Shown here in pieces: positions 38,791 to 54,623 of a stretch of 64,000 bases of DNA. The DNA is taken from NCBI RefSeq assembly GCF_009914755.1, contig NC_060925.1. The stretch is one strand, 5' to 3'. A model generated the notes under the pieces. That model had not been told where the DNA came from. It did not search any database and saw only the letters and a program-made list of their open reading frames with translations. Numbering within the stretch: the first letter of the stretch is position 1; each line of letters begins with the position of its first letter. This DNA is from the human T2T-CHM13v2.0 reference genome, Homo sapiens. The position numbers were made by a program, and so were the translations under genes.

Positions 38791-41049
38791 TCTCCCCTAG
38801 TTCCTAAAGGGAAGGGAAGTATCTCTTTGATAAAGTGTGAGGCCGAATTCAGGATGGCAGAGGCATTAGTTGCCAGCCGCTCTGATGTTTCTGAGCTTGT
38901 TAGGGTCCAGCCAATATTCTCAAGAAATCGGCTTTCAGAAATAGCAACACTAGATGATTTTATGGGCTGGAGCTCACCTGGCTGTGGAGGCGGGCTGGAA
39001 GGACACACAGGTGCAATTATTCCAGAAACACAAGCAGACCTGGAGTGCAGAGGAGGTGGGTGGAAGGAGGGACTGTTGTTTTTAATTTAGCTGTGAGACG
39101 ACGGGAGTCTAGGAAGCATGGCTGGGGAATTTACCAGGGCTGTTACCAGCCCGTTTCCAACCTGCTAAACTGATTAGGACTTTAAGACTACAGTGCATTG
39201 CCCTCTATAGTTCCTTGCCTTAATATCTGTCTCCCTAAGACACTGAAGTTATTTTTATCTATTGCATTTTGTTCTGGGTGGAATGATCCTTCCCCAGTCC
39301 TGCTGATAAGGAGTTTCTAAGTGAATTTGCACCCTGCATGAAAGTTAAATTGCTGCCTTTTGTCATTTTTTTGTTAACACCACAGCCCCAGCTCTGCCCA
39401 ACACCACCCCACCAACACACATCTGACTCCACCCTTAAAAGCCTATGCGCCTCATTCTCTGACTCATTTGCCACCCAGTTGGATGGAGCACAAGTGACCA
39501 AATGTAGTCTTGCAATGAGATGGGTCGGGTCACTGATGTGATCATTTGGCATCTGGTCAGCCAGGCCAGTGTCCATGAGTGGGGTGAAATGTTATAGGGT
39601 CTTCCTTGCTCTTGGCATTAGGAACACAAACCTGGTAGCTGTTCTGCGCAGGAAAGGGAACTAGCTCATATTGAACTGCTCCTATGTGCTGGGCACTTTG
39701 AATAACCCAGTGAAAATCCCATTTTACAAGTGGAAATACCGAAGCCAGACAGAGCTTGCTCAAGTGCACATGGGGAATAGCAGGGTTGGAATTTGAAACC
39801 ACCTCTAAAGTCTTGCAACCGCGCTAAGCCATCAGCCTATGTAATTGGAATAGAAGTTTCCAGGGGAAAGAGAGGAGGAAGCCTGTTCTCCCCTTTAAAC
39901 AGAGGGAGCGGCTGCTTACAGAGCTACTGTCAAAGCAGTTCGGTGGAGGGATTGATTTTTCAATAAGCCACCAAAATGATGGTACATTTACTACTTATGT
40001 TACTGACAAGGAGCACATTAGTAATTGGAATGTGACATTGGGATATGGCAGGTGAGTAATAACGTGATTTACATCCTTGGGGGTTTGGGTTTAAGTTACG
40101 TAGTAGTTATTGCAAGGGTCTGTGCTATAAAATCAGACTCTGAGGGTGGTCAGGGAGGCTGCAGCTCTTGGGAGGATAATGGGCATAGAAATTGGGGAGG
40201 GGATGAAAAGAGGGGAAGGGAAGACCAGAAATAACTTTCCCCACGTGCATTATTAAGTGAATGTGAAGAATACATATTCCCTGCTTTTATGGGTACCTAT
40301 GCATTCATGCCTAAGTGTGAGCTTGAACTGTACCAACCCTAGAGGTTTCTTTAAAGACAAGTGAAGATTCAATGCTAAGGAATTTTGAAGAAGGAGGCAA
40401 TATTTCCATAGGTGGCATAGCTAAAGACATTACAAAGGGCTGGGAATTAATATATACATAAGCGCATCTGCTCTAAACACTTTTTTCCCTTTCAATTGTT
40501 CCCCAGGAAGGTCACATAAATGCTCATTAATATGAACACTATGTTCATTAGTATAAAACATTCCATATTTTATTTCTATTTTGGTAGCTCAACAATTCAC
40601 TAAGTGTGATGCAGCCACACATTCTTTGGGTTTTTACATTTTGGGGAATAAATAGGCAATGACCTTCTGCGAAGGAGGAACTTCTACTTTTCATGTGTTT
40701 CCTAAATCTTGGATTATTCTCAAGGACAATGGCCATTATGTCCATTCTTCCAGGATAAAGATGAGCATATGTTTGTTGCCGGGCTGTTGCAGAGAGTTTG
40801 CAATTCAATCGGAACTCAGACTTTTTTCCTCTGTTGTCATCCTTTGATGCTTCTCCTTGGGAGGTGTGTGAATTGGAGTTGCTTAATTAAGCAGAGGAAG
40901 CTAAAAGATGCTTTGGAAACTATCTTCATCCACACATAGGGGTTTCTGCAGAGGATAACAATTTGCACTCGAACAGGAGAACATGGGCATAAATGCACCA
41001 GGAGAGGTTTGGGATTGGATGTCAGGGGAGAGAAGGAAGCCAACCACGC

Positions 41050-41233
41050 GTGAAGGTGGAGAGCACAGGAATCCTTTGGACTCGGCGTCAGGTTACTAGC
41101 TGTGTGACCTCGCACAAGGCGTTTTGCTTCTCTGAAACACAGTTTTCTCCTTTTGCAAAATGGGGTAACAATACTTCTTTCAGAGGGTATGAGGAGGCTA
41201 CAACAAATTAGTGTATGTCAAGCACGCAGTGCT
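41050..41233 (+). mobile_element. MIR
   Basis: TTACTAGCTGTGTGACCT…GCAAAATGGGGTAACAATA. Confidence 0.8.
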
Positions 41234-41545
<312 letters not shown>

Positions 41546-41789
41546 GCTGGCACTAAGGGTGATTTGAAAGGGGCCTCCTTGGATACTCTGAGGCCCAACT
41601 CATTTTGCAATGTTGAGGGCGCCCGCTGGCTCATTAGAATTTCTGTGACTTTCTCCCAATGAAATGTTTTGTCGCTTTATTTCCCCTTAGGCTATTTTAC
41701 TCATCATCTGGGTAAAACTACCCCAGATGTTTTAATTCAGAGTCTAGCCCACCCTCCTTTAAGCAAGGCTCATGGGAAGAGTGGCCCCT

Positions 41790-42610
<821 letters not shown>

Positions 42611-42930
42611 TCAATTCAATTCTGCTTCTCCCTTAAGAATAGATCTCTGTGAAAACAACTAAGTATTGGCATTGCTAGAATTGAAGACAACATACTTAAA
42701 AGGATACAAATTTAGAGGCAGGTCGAAAAATACCCAAATTCCTCCTATATTTGCACTCTTATTCCACTGGCTTGCATTGAGAGACCTTAACTGAACAGCC
42801 CCTGTAACTCGCCAGTGAATATGCTGTAGAGATATCATTATAGATGTTGTCCTCGGTCTCTCATCATGTACATCTCGTGAAGATCCATGAGATAAAATTT
42901 CTCATCTTCCATGTATTAAGAACTGCAATT

Positions 42931-43216
<286 letters not shown>

Positions 43217-43269
43217 GAACTGCAATTCTAAGTAACCGCTCAGTGCACGTTCTGTAGCAAGCACGTTTC

Positions 43270-43460
43270 AGGTACCTAGTCTATTTTGTCCTCCAACAAG
43301 CCTGCCATGTGCAAGAAGTATTTTGCCCTCCATTTCACAGATGAGAAATCAGAGGTGGGTGACTGGCCCACGGTCACGCAGCAGGAAGTGGCAGAGCTGG
43401 GATTTAAACCTAATTCTCTTTTATCCTGAGGTCCAGGCTCTTAACCACTATCTACATGAT
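43270..43460 (-). mobile_element. MIR
   Basis: CCATTTCACAGATGAG…GTGGCAGAGCTGGGATTTAAACC…CTCTTAACCACTA. Confidence 0.82.
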
Positions 43461-44008
43461 TGTGTACATTTTTGAAAATCCGGCTCAAATCTTTCCTGAG
43501 AAGTGGAGGGGAGGTATAGATCTCCTTAATCTTTAACTTCTTTCATTCACTGCTTAATTTAACCCTGATCTGATCCCAAATCTGATTATCACTCACCTAC
43601 TCTGAATCTAATTAGAATGTCCTTCTGGTATTTTAAGGCCATCAGGATTGCCTGATATCAAAAGCCCTTATCTGTCAATGTCTTTTCTCTATCACAGCTG
43701 TGATCAGTTGCTTGAGCTAATAAGGAGGGCAGGATTACTTGTCCTTCTAGGTTTTTCTGCATGTCTAAAGCATTCCGACTGCTTCTCCTCCTATTCCCAC
43801 TATTTCCCCTTAGCGCTCTGATTATCAGCCTTCAAATCTCAGTAAGGGAAAGGATAAGGATGCGGCAGTGGGACCATTCTCCCATGAAGCCACGCCTGGA
43901 TTTCTCTCCCCAGTCATCTTTTTCCTGGCACAGAATTTCTCCCAGACAGGGCTGCTGCTGCTTGAGGTTACATGAAGAACATCATGTCACTCTCACCAGT
44001 CACTTTGA

Positions 44009-44548
<540 letters not shown>

Positions 44549-45037
44549 TAGACTTTCTTCTGGAATTTGTTGAGATTTTCTTTGTGATCCAGTCTGTAGT
44601 CAACTTCTGTACATATTCCAGGGACATTTGAAAGAAAATCGGTATTTTCTGCTTGGGTACAAGCATTTTAGACACAGCACATACACACTGCACACATATA
44701 CCTACCTTATATGTTTGTATTCAACACACGCATATGCTGAGTGGAGTTTAATTGTGTTCTCAGAATACATCTAAGCAAAGCAAAGTTTATCAGCTGAAAA
44801 TATAAAGTCTTTTCTCAACAGACCTAAAATAAATTATTGGAAGAAGCTGAACCTAGTTAATGAAGAATCTGTCTGCATTTTTGGCACTGGGGTTGGTCAT
44901 GAAAACGATTACTTCTTATCAGATTCGAGTGGCTAAGCGTTTCGCCTTCACTTGGTTCTCTTGTCTCTTGTCCCTGGTGCATGTGAAGGAAGGGAAAGAG
45001 AGAAACCAAAGATACAATTTGTGCCCCTAGAATAGTA

Positions 45038-45420
<383 letters not shown>

Positions 45421-45544
45421 TAGAAATAGCACAAGTAGGAACAACAATGGGATGTCATCATTGAGACATAAGGAATGCACTAAAGGATCCTGTTTCTCCA
45501 CTAATGTTTGTTACTTCATTCATTGAGTGCTGAAGTAGACCCTT

Positions 45545-46070
45545 GCTGTGTTCTATCCACCACCATTCATTACTACGACTTCCTTCCAGGGAATTACCCC
45601 TCCCCACCCTTAATTCATTTTGTTCAGCTAAGGTTCGCTCCAGAGGTGGGCATGGGGCTGGGGTCCTGAGCATTACAGTCCCCAGGCCACACTGATTGAT
45701 GCAAGGTAGGCACTTGACCCAAGCAGAGCTAGAGACACAATGAGACTTTGACTGAGACCCCTGCCCAAGAGATGCATGCATACCCATTGAACTTGAACAA
45801 GGGAGAATATGAGGCTGGAGCTGCTAGCAGCCACTTTGCGACCAGGCGGAGAGAGCCGATCTGAGCAGGGAACCAACCAGAGGGAGGGGAGCCAAGTAAT
45901 GCTGAAAGGGAGAAACGGGATTGGTGGCATCATTTCAGATCCTTAGCCAAGCTCTAGCTGCATGTAGAAGCTGCCCTTGGACTTTCCAGTTAGGTGAGCC
46001 CATAATTTTATTTAAACCAATTTGGGTTGTGTTGTCAGTCATTTGTAATGGAAAATCCTGACTGCCTACA
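45545..46070 (+). mobile_element. MaLR solo LTR (MLT1K-like)
   Basis: GGACTTTCCAGTTAGGTGAGCC…TTTAAACCAATTTGGGTTG…TCCTGACTGCCTACA end. Confidence 0.75.
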
Positions 46071-47549
46071 GCGCCTATGGTGTGTGATGGACACCTGAAG
46101 GATAAAGGTATAAATATGAACAAGAAACAGTCCCCCTCCTCTCAAGGATCGAATAATAGAGTGAGATTCGCACAGATCTCAAATCATAATTAAAACACCA
46201 CTTGACAACGGCCATAACAAATGTGTGAACCAAGTGCCAGCAGACCCAGAGAGGAAATGAGGAACCAGCCTTTTGGTTGCCCGTCGGCAGAAGGCCTGCT
46301 GCAAGGAGGGGTTTCGGAGTGCCCAGCATGGGGGCGTTGAATCTGAGAAGAGGAACCTGGCTTTCTCGGGGTGCTACAAGGCCAATACCTACAGGAGTTT
46401 CCCATCCCAGTGCACCTCCAATCAATTGAGCTCCTGTTCCAATCACACCTGGTAGGGATTTAATTGCTTTGGATTGATTTTTGCCAGTGGTGACTTTCAA
46501 ACCCCCAGCCTGGGAATGAAGAGAGATTAGTCACATCAGGGGAGGCCTACTGACAGCAGCGAAAATCAGCAGGGAGTGAAGATGATTTAAACTAGTCTTT
46601 CCAATCAGCCTCCCAGACTGTACCTAGGATGCGAGCAGCCATTTTAACAAATGGTCACCTGGGAGTTTCGAATCAGTATAAACCCAGCACTGATAGTCAT
46701 AGGAGCTGTCCCGTGCTATGTGCTCATAATACATTGACACTAAGTTCTTCATATATATTCGGGATGTGCTCAGCTTTGCAAACCAGGACACAGAACCAAT
46801 TTCACCAGTTATTTATCACTGGCACAATTCATGGGCCTTATTAGCTATCGATGACTAGTGTCATTGCCCCTGCATATGGTGTCTCATTTCATCTTCATGA
46901 CAACACTGAGACAAGCGCAATGTTGTACCCATGGTACAGATGAGGCAAGAGAAGTTACCCGCAAAGCTGAGAAAAGGTGGAGCTGAGATTCGGTCTTAGG
47001 GCCATTCTGTTGCTCCCGTGGTTCCATTTATGGATTATTTCACAGGATGAGACGCTTCTGTAGCTGAGTCTTTGTATCCCTTTCTCTTTCTTTCCACTGT
47101 CAGGTGGTGAGCTTGCTCTGGGGACTGGGTGTGGCCTAGAGCCCTGTTATGAAACACCTGGAGGGCTGTGTGCACTGCTGTTCTCGCGTTTGCCATCAAT
47201 GTGGGATCTATGAGCAGCCAAAGGCATCCCCCGGGAATGTACAGAGGGTGTCTTGGGCACCCTGAGTGCTCCAAGAGTCCAAAGAGGGAGAGATTTATCC
47301 TTCGGTGTGACAGGCAGACCCCATCGGGGCAGCAGACACTCTGTCCCTCCGGGGGATGCCAGGTTTCTGCTGTGTTGGGGGATGAATGTGATTGAACAAA
47401 CCTCTAACCTCACCTGGAATGTTTCAAAGACAGCTTTGAGCAGAAGTGGAGAGAGGGCCCAGCCAATGGGGTCCCTCCTCATTTTCCACTCAGTCAGGAT
47501 GCAAAGCTTGGATTTTCTGTTTACTTTTCAAACACTTCTATTGAACACT

Positions 47550-47930
47550 AGATTTGGGGGATCAGAGAGGAATTGGATTCAATTCCTAACCTTAGGGGCT
47601 GTAGCAGTCAAAGAGAGAGAAAGATGTGTAAAGAATCAAAATACCATCCAAATCCCGTGATGGCTCTTGGTGTATATGTGTAGAGTGCTCTGAGAACATG
47701 GGAGAGGGAATAATGAACTCAGCTGAGGAGTTCATTTCAGGGGAAACTGAAGGTGCACGGGGGATCAGCTTGAACTGGTCCTTGAAGGATGAATGAGTCG
47801 GAGTAGGGGCACAGAGGCATTTCAGGCAGATGGGACTGAGCAGGCCAAGGCACAGAGATCCAGAGTGCATGCAGTGTGTTCGGGAGGAGTCAGTAGTCCT
47901 GCAGAACTACAGCCTGAGTTGGGGGGATGT
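47550..47930 (-). mobile_element. L2 fragment
   Basis: TTGAACTGGTCCTTGAAGGATGAATGAG…GGCATTTCAGGCAGA…GCCAAGGCACAGAG. Confidence 0.65.
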
Positions 47931-48273
47931 GCAGCTGAAAGGTAACAGATTCATGCATTCATTCCTTCACTCATGATTCTTTTCCTTCATCCAGCTAGGA
48001 GGTAATTATTCAGAGGCTGTTATGAGCCAGGCATGGGTCAAAACAGAAAAATCAGCTCGACTCAGTGAGAGCCCAATCTTCCCATTCCAGGAAGCCTAGC
48101 AGATGGAGGATTCTACCCCCACCAGCAAGGTCCAGGCTTAAAGCAAGTGCAAGGGTCACCTCAAATCTTTCTTTACAAGGTGAATGTTAAACTTCAAGTG
48201 TGGTTACTACTGAAAAGTGAGAAAAGCTGGAACTACAATGTCAAGGGACTGTTTCAACAATGGTTCACATGGG

Positions 48274-48572
<299 letters not shown>

Positions 48573-48744
48573 CGATGGGCTTTGCTAAGTGGGTATAAAG
48601 GTGGGACGGACACAGCCCTAAACCTTGAAGTTGAAATGGTGGCAAAAGCCTGGCAGCTGGTGAACGTGGTTTTTTTGCACCACCCTCCATCCCCCAACAG
48701 CATCTGGCAACATCTGACAGGCTACCTGCTGTTGCATTCAGAGG

Positions 48745-48920
48745 ACGGGCTCTGGATTCAGATTGCTGGGGGCCTGTATCAGCGGCACCACTTTCTGGCT
48801 ATCACTTCCCCTCTCAGACCTTGGTCTTCTCATGTATGAAATGGGATAATAACAACACCCAGCCCACAAGATGGTTGTGATGTTGTGAGATGCAAACGAA
48901 TTACTGCATGAAAAAAGCTC
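48745..48920 (+). mobile_element. MIR
   Basis: GGGCTCTGGATTCAGA…GAAATGGGATAATAAC…GGTTGTGATG. Confidence 0.7.
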
Positions 48921-49648
48921 AGACCAGCAGCCCCTGCCAGGTGAAACTGCCATTAGTGTTACCCAGCACCATGCTAGACCCACCAAAACATTGCTTGTTG
49001 GATAAAATAGCAAACCCCAGGTACCATCTCCTCAATGAGATCTTTCCCCGTCCAAAATGGATTGGAATGTGTGAGAGGAAGCTAGCTACTCAACACTGGA
49101 TGCAAAGATTCAGGCAGGGGTGGAATGGGGACCTTCTACCTCTGCCTCTTGCCCAAGGTCAGGGACACCGTTCTCACCACTAGACAAACTTCCCATCTGG
49201 AGGCACCAAGAGGAAGAGACTTTTCCAGAGAAATGTAGCTGCGGCTCCTCCCCAGTATGAAAATAGATCGCCCTGGGACTGGAGTAGTTAATGAAGATGA
49301 TAATTAGAATTGCTTATTAGGACCTGTCTTCTGAAGTTCATTTGTGCTTTTAATAGAATCTACAACACATCTGCTTAGCAGAGATGACAGATCTTCCTGA
49401 TTTGGTGTATTTTAAGACAAGATCTTTGCGCCCTGGCTTCTCCTGGTCTCCCTCCTCCCCCATGTCTGCCATCTGCTGCTGCGGTGACCTTCCCTCATGG
49501 CAGAAGCCTGGAGACTGCAACCAGAAAACACCCTTCTTCTTGCCAGGGGACCCCCTCCACCAAAAGCCAGAGAGACGTCTCATCTCTTTCTGAGGAATAG
49601 CAATCCCTTCTACGACCACCCTCCCCCTTGCTCTCCAGCCATCCTGCC

Positions 49649-50074
49649 TGTACTGGGTTGGATTATGTGTGCCCTCATCCCAAATTCATGTCTACCTGGA
49701 ATGATAGAACATGACCTTATTTGAAAACAAGATCTCTGTGGTTATAACTAGTCAAGTTAAGATTTACTGGAATAGGGTGGGCCCTAATCCCAAGGTCTGA
49801 TGTCCTGGTAAGAAGGCCACGTGGATACACAGGGAGGAGGCCGTGGGACCACAGAGGCAGAGATTGGAGTGAGGCAGCCACAAGCCAAGGAGTGCCAAGA
49901 AACCACCAGAAGCTGGGAGGAGGCAGGAAAGATTCTCTCCTGAAGCCTTCAGAGGGAGCACAGCCCTGCCGACACCTCGATCCCAGCCGTCTAGCCCCTA
50001 GAACTGCAAGATGATACATTTCCGTTGTTCTGAGCCATCTGCTTTGTGGCACTCTGTTATAGCAGCCCTGGGAA
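49649..50074 (+). mobile_element. MaLR solo LTR (MLT1C-like)
   Basis: AGGGTGGGCCCTAATCC; GAGGCAGAGATTGGAGTGA…CAAGCCAAGGA; CTTCAGAGGGAGCACAGCCCTGCCGACACC. Confidence 0.9.
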
Positions 50075-50428
50075 AGTTTTTTTCAGCTTCTCAAACTTGC
50101 CGAGCTCTCTCCCAACTCCATGCCCTTTGCACCTGCTGTTCCCTCTGCCTGGAACAGCTTCCCCTCCCCACTCAGCTCTTCTCCTGTCCCATCCCCACAT
50201 CACCTGTCCAACCCCTACTTTAGAGCACTTTGCACATAGATGACTATGCAATGAATTACCTCACCGAAAGCAGGTGACCTGTACTGAAAGCAAGCATCCC
50301 GATCTCCCTGAGTTTTGGCGAGAGCCCCTTCCTCAGTCCCATAAGCTCCTGGTCAAGGTCTATGCCCATCTTGTCATCCTTCTGTCCCTGGAGCCTGGCA
50401 TGCAGTTAACATACAAGAATTTGTGGAA

Positions 50429-50722
<294 letters not shown>

Positions 50723-51921
50723 ATGTTGAAGGATAATACCATTGATCCTACAATTGCTAGACCCAAATGAATCCAAAGGTCCTTCCAGCCCTTCCAAGAC
50801 CTTGGGCCTCACTCCATGAGCATCCGGACACCTAATCTGAGGCCCCAGGCATGGAATCTGTGCTGGCCTGAGCTGTGGGGAGACCCTGGTCTATGGACAC
50901 CTCTTGAGATCAGTGGAGATACACAATAATGGAGAATGCTGTTATTGTCATGGCATAAATTTGGATTGGAGAAGACAGAAAAGAAGCAGGATGCTAAGTG
51001 AGGCTGGCCACGCCCCTGCCTCCCTGATGGACTGCTGACCTTGCAATGCCCTTCTCTTGAATCCCAAGTTCAGGCTCGTTTTTTTCCAGGCCTCCTCTGC
51101 TACAATGCTTGGCCAAGGCCCAGCCAGGGCCCTCCCTGTGCAGGGGAGCAGCCACGTTCAGGGCCCTGTGATCAATGGAGCGTGGAGGCCTCTCGGAGTC
51201 CTTTGCTCCCCTCTCCCTCCTCTTTTGCCTTGAAGGTCTGTTGTTTTGTGAGATCTGCGAGAGTGGGGAGAGTGGGGAGATTTATTTTGCACTGAGGCTG
51301 TGAGTGGGCTGAGAGAGAAGCAGAGGACAAAAACTGCACTAGGCTTAGACCAGGCACCAAAATAGAAAGCCCAAGACCATTGTATTCCCCCGGGACCTGA
51401 CTCTGGCCATGGTGCTGATGATAGAGTTACCGTTGGGTTCAGGGATGGTGCATCCTCCAGCTGGGCTCCAGGTAAGACAGGCTTTTTGACTTCTCTGTGC
51501 CTGTTTCCAGCTCTGTGAAGTAGGAAAACTACTAGCTTCCATCTCGCAAGGACGCCGAGAGGATGAAATGACAGAGCACGTAGTTGTCCGTAGACTGATG
51601 TCAGGTGCTGCTGTTTGTGTTATTAATGACAACAGCAGTCATCCTATTCAGGTGCTTTTGCTAGGACTGTGACTTCTGTCTCTGCTTTACTCGGTGTCTT
51701 TGAAGACACCCCCCCCCCCCACCCTGGGCATGGAGGCATTGGGGCAAAGGGCAGCAGGCAGGTCAGCTGGCATGGCCCCTCGTCTGGGGCTTGTCCCTGG
51801 CTATGTCCTCAGCTTTCCTGGGCTGAGCCAGTGATGTATATAAGGCTGTGGACTGCACTTGGATAGGTGGAGAGGAGACAGACATGACCTGGCTACAGGG
51901 AGGACAGCAGTGGGCAGGCAC

Positions 51922-52243
51922 AGCCTCACATAAGCACAGCATTGCATAGGCAGGCATCGCATATGCAGGCATTGGATACACAGGCATCACAAACGTGGGC
52001 ATCACACAGGCATGGCATCGCATAGCATGGCATCACATACGCACAGCATTGCATACACAGGCATCACATACGCACGGTATCACATACACAGGCATTGCAT
52101 ACACGGGCATCACATAGCACGGCATCACATACGCAGCCATTGCATAGGCGGGCATCGCATAGGCAGGCATCAAATAGCACGCATCACATACGCAGGCATC
52201 GCATACGCAGGCATTGCAAACACATGGCATCACATACGCACAG
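51922..52243. repeat. Minisatellite, 15-bp unit (consensus GGCATCACATACGCA), about 21 degenerate copies
   Basis: Repeating GCAT(C/T)(A/G)CATA(C/G)(A/G)CA units, directly visible. Confidence 0.92.
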
Positions 52244-52379
52244 CCAGGGCTGCGTCTGAGGCCACTGGAGGGGAACTGTTCTTAGACCCAATGGCTGTCT
52301 TTACTACTAATTGCTATTGCATCTATTGGGCAATTAGAGGGTACCAGGCTGTGGGCTTTCTAACACTTTCCTGGGATGG

Positions 52380-52510
52380 GAGCCATTTTATAGATGGGGA
52401 AACTGAGGCTCAGAGTTGGAGCAACTCATCTAGGGCCACACGTTACAAGACCTGGGATTTGAAACCAAGATTAGTGACTCCAGAGGCTGAAATCTTAACC
52501 ACTTCCCCGT
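52380..52510 (-). mobile_element. MIR
   Basis: CCATTTTATAGATGGGGAAACTGAGGCTCAGAG. Confidence 0.85.
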
Positions 52511-52542
52511 GGGCCCTTCTTGAAGTGAATGTCTAACCATTA

Positions 52543-52870
<328 letters not shown>

Positions 52871-54280
52871 GAAATGGGGCCAAGATAAGAGAACTGAATC
52901 GGGGTTGGCGGGGGGGTGCATCTGTTCTACTCAGTGATTTTTCCCTTGTTGATCTGTGTCCCCCACTCCAGCTTGGGGGCCCCGGTGGTATTGTGGGTAC
53001 CCACAAAATGCTAGTCAGGATGCCAGATTCCCCTTCTCTAGTTCCTGCTAGCACCTTGGGATGTGTCCTAGTGAGAACCGCAGACTTGCCAAAGCCATGA
53101 CAGCTGGATCCTATTCTAGCCGCAGGTTGGGATCGAAGTTTAGTATTCCAGCTTCCACCATCCCCTTCCTGCCTGTCTTGACCCTTCCAGTTTGCTCCTT
53201 TAAATCTCCACTTCCCTTTTGCACAGTCTCAAGCTCTTCCAGGTTCTGAGGATTTTTTCTCACTTCTCAGGGTGAGCTCGCGACCTTTCATTGCCTTCCC
53301 TGTGTGAGCACAATTCAGGGGTCAGACTCTGGACTCTTTATGGAGCCTCAACGCAGGGGCTGTGACTGTATATTCTGCACAGCGAGGCTCTAATTACAGG
53401 CTGCATGCTGGAGACTAGTCATTTTGTGAGTCATTAGGATGTGTGGCTGGGGCTTTATAATATCTTTTGATGAGTTCTGTAATTTTTATATCTTCACCTA
53501 TGCTAGCATTTTCAGTGAAGCAGAACAGGACAGTAGGGCTGGCAGATGTCACAGCCCCTGGGCTCTTTCTGGATCGGAATTGAAAGGGTCTTCTCCTCTG
53601 CACTCTGAGGAGAGAAATATTGATTCTGATTGGGTTCGAGGGGTTGAAAGCTGGCATGTGCCTCGTCTCTTGCTAATCAATATTCCAAAGCAGTGGTTGT
53701 GGGTAATGTTTGAGTACTTGCTTCTGTTCTCCTTCGTGTTGGCAAATTACAAGCTTTCAGGTGAGACTCCCTTCATTTTGCAGTGGCTGCGAGGAGCAGG
53801 TTTAATTAGCGCACAGACCTGCTGGAAAAATCCAGTGTTATTAAAAGCCTTGTTCCATGTGGTGGCTGCTGGGTTGTACCGGTCTCCTGCCCTCAGCCCC
53901 TTCCTTCCTGAAGCCACCCAACACCGACCCCGGCATTACTTTGCCATTAATCCCAAGGTATCCGGGGAAAAATGACAGAGAGGTAAGAAAAATCACATGG
54001 AAGGTAGAATGTCCAGATTTTTCCCCAATGAGATGAAAAACTCAGGGTCTCATCTCTGTGGAAAATCCCAGTATCTGTCCAGGAGCACTGGGCCTGGCCT
54101 TGACCTTGGCTTTGACCTTCAGACGACTGCTGGGGAGATTCCTTGAACATGGAGTCTAGGGCCTGGATACTGGGAAAAATCAGACCCTTCTACTCAAAAC
54201 CAAAAGACCACAGGCTTTGGAGTTAAGACAGGGTGAAGGGTGAGTCCCAGCTCTGCTCCTCACTTGCTGTGTGACTTTGA

Positions 54281-54623
<343 letters not shown>

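Noticed and set aside
51922-52243. Periodic repeat considered as a CRISPR-like array or a repeat protein
   Set aside because: The units are contiguous with no unique spacers, the context is eukaryotic, and unit-length variants shift the frame.
53439-53975. 178-aa ORF in unique sequence
   Set aside because: No recognisable homology or compositional coding signal; it cannot be supported as a CDS.
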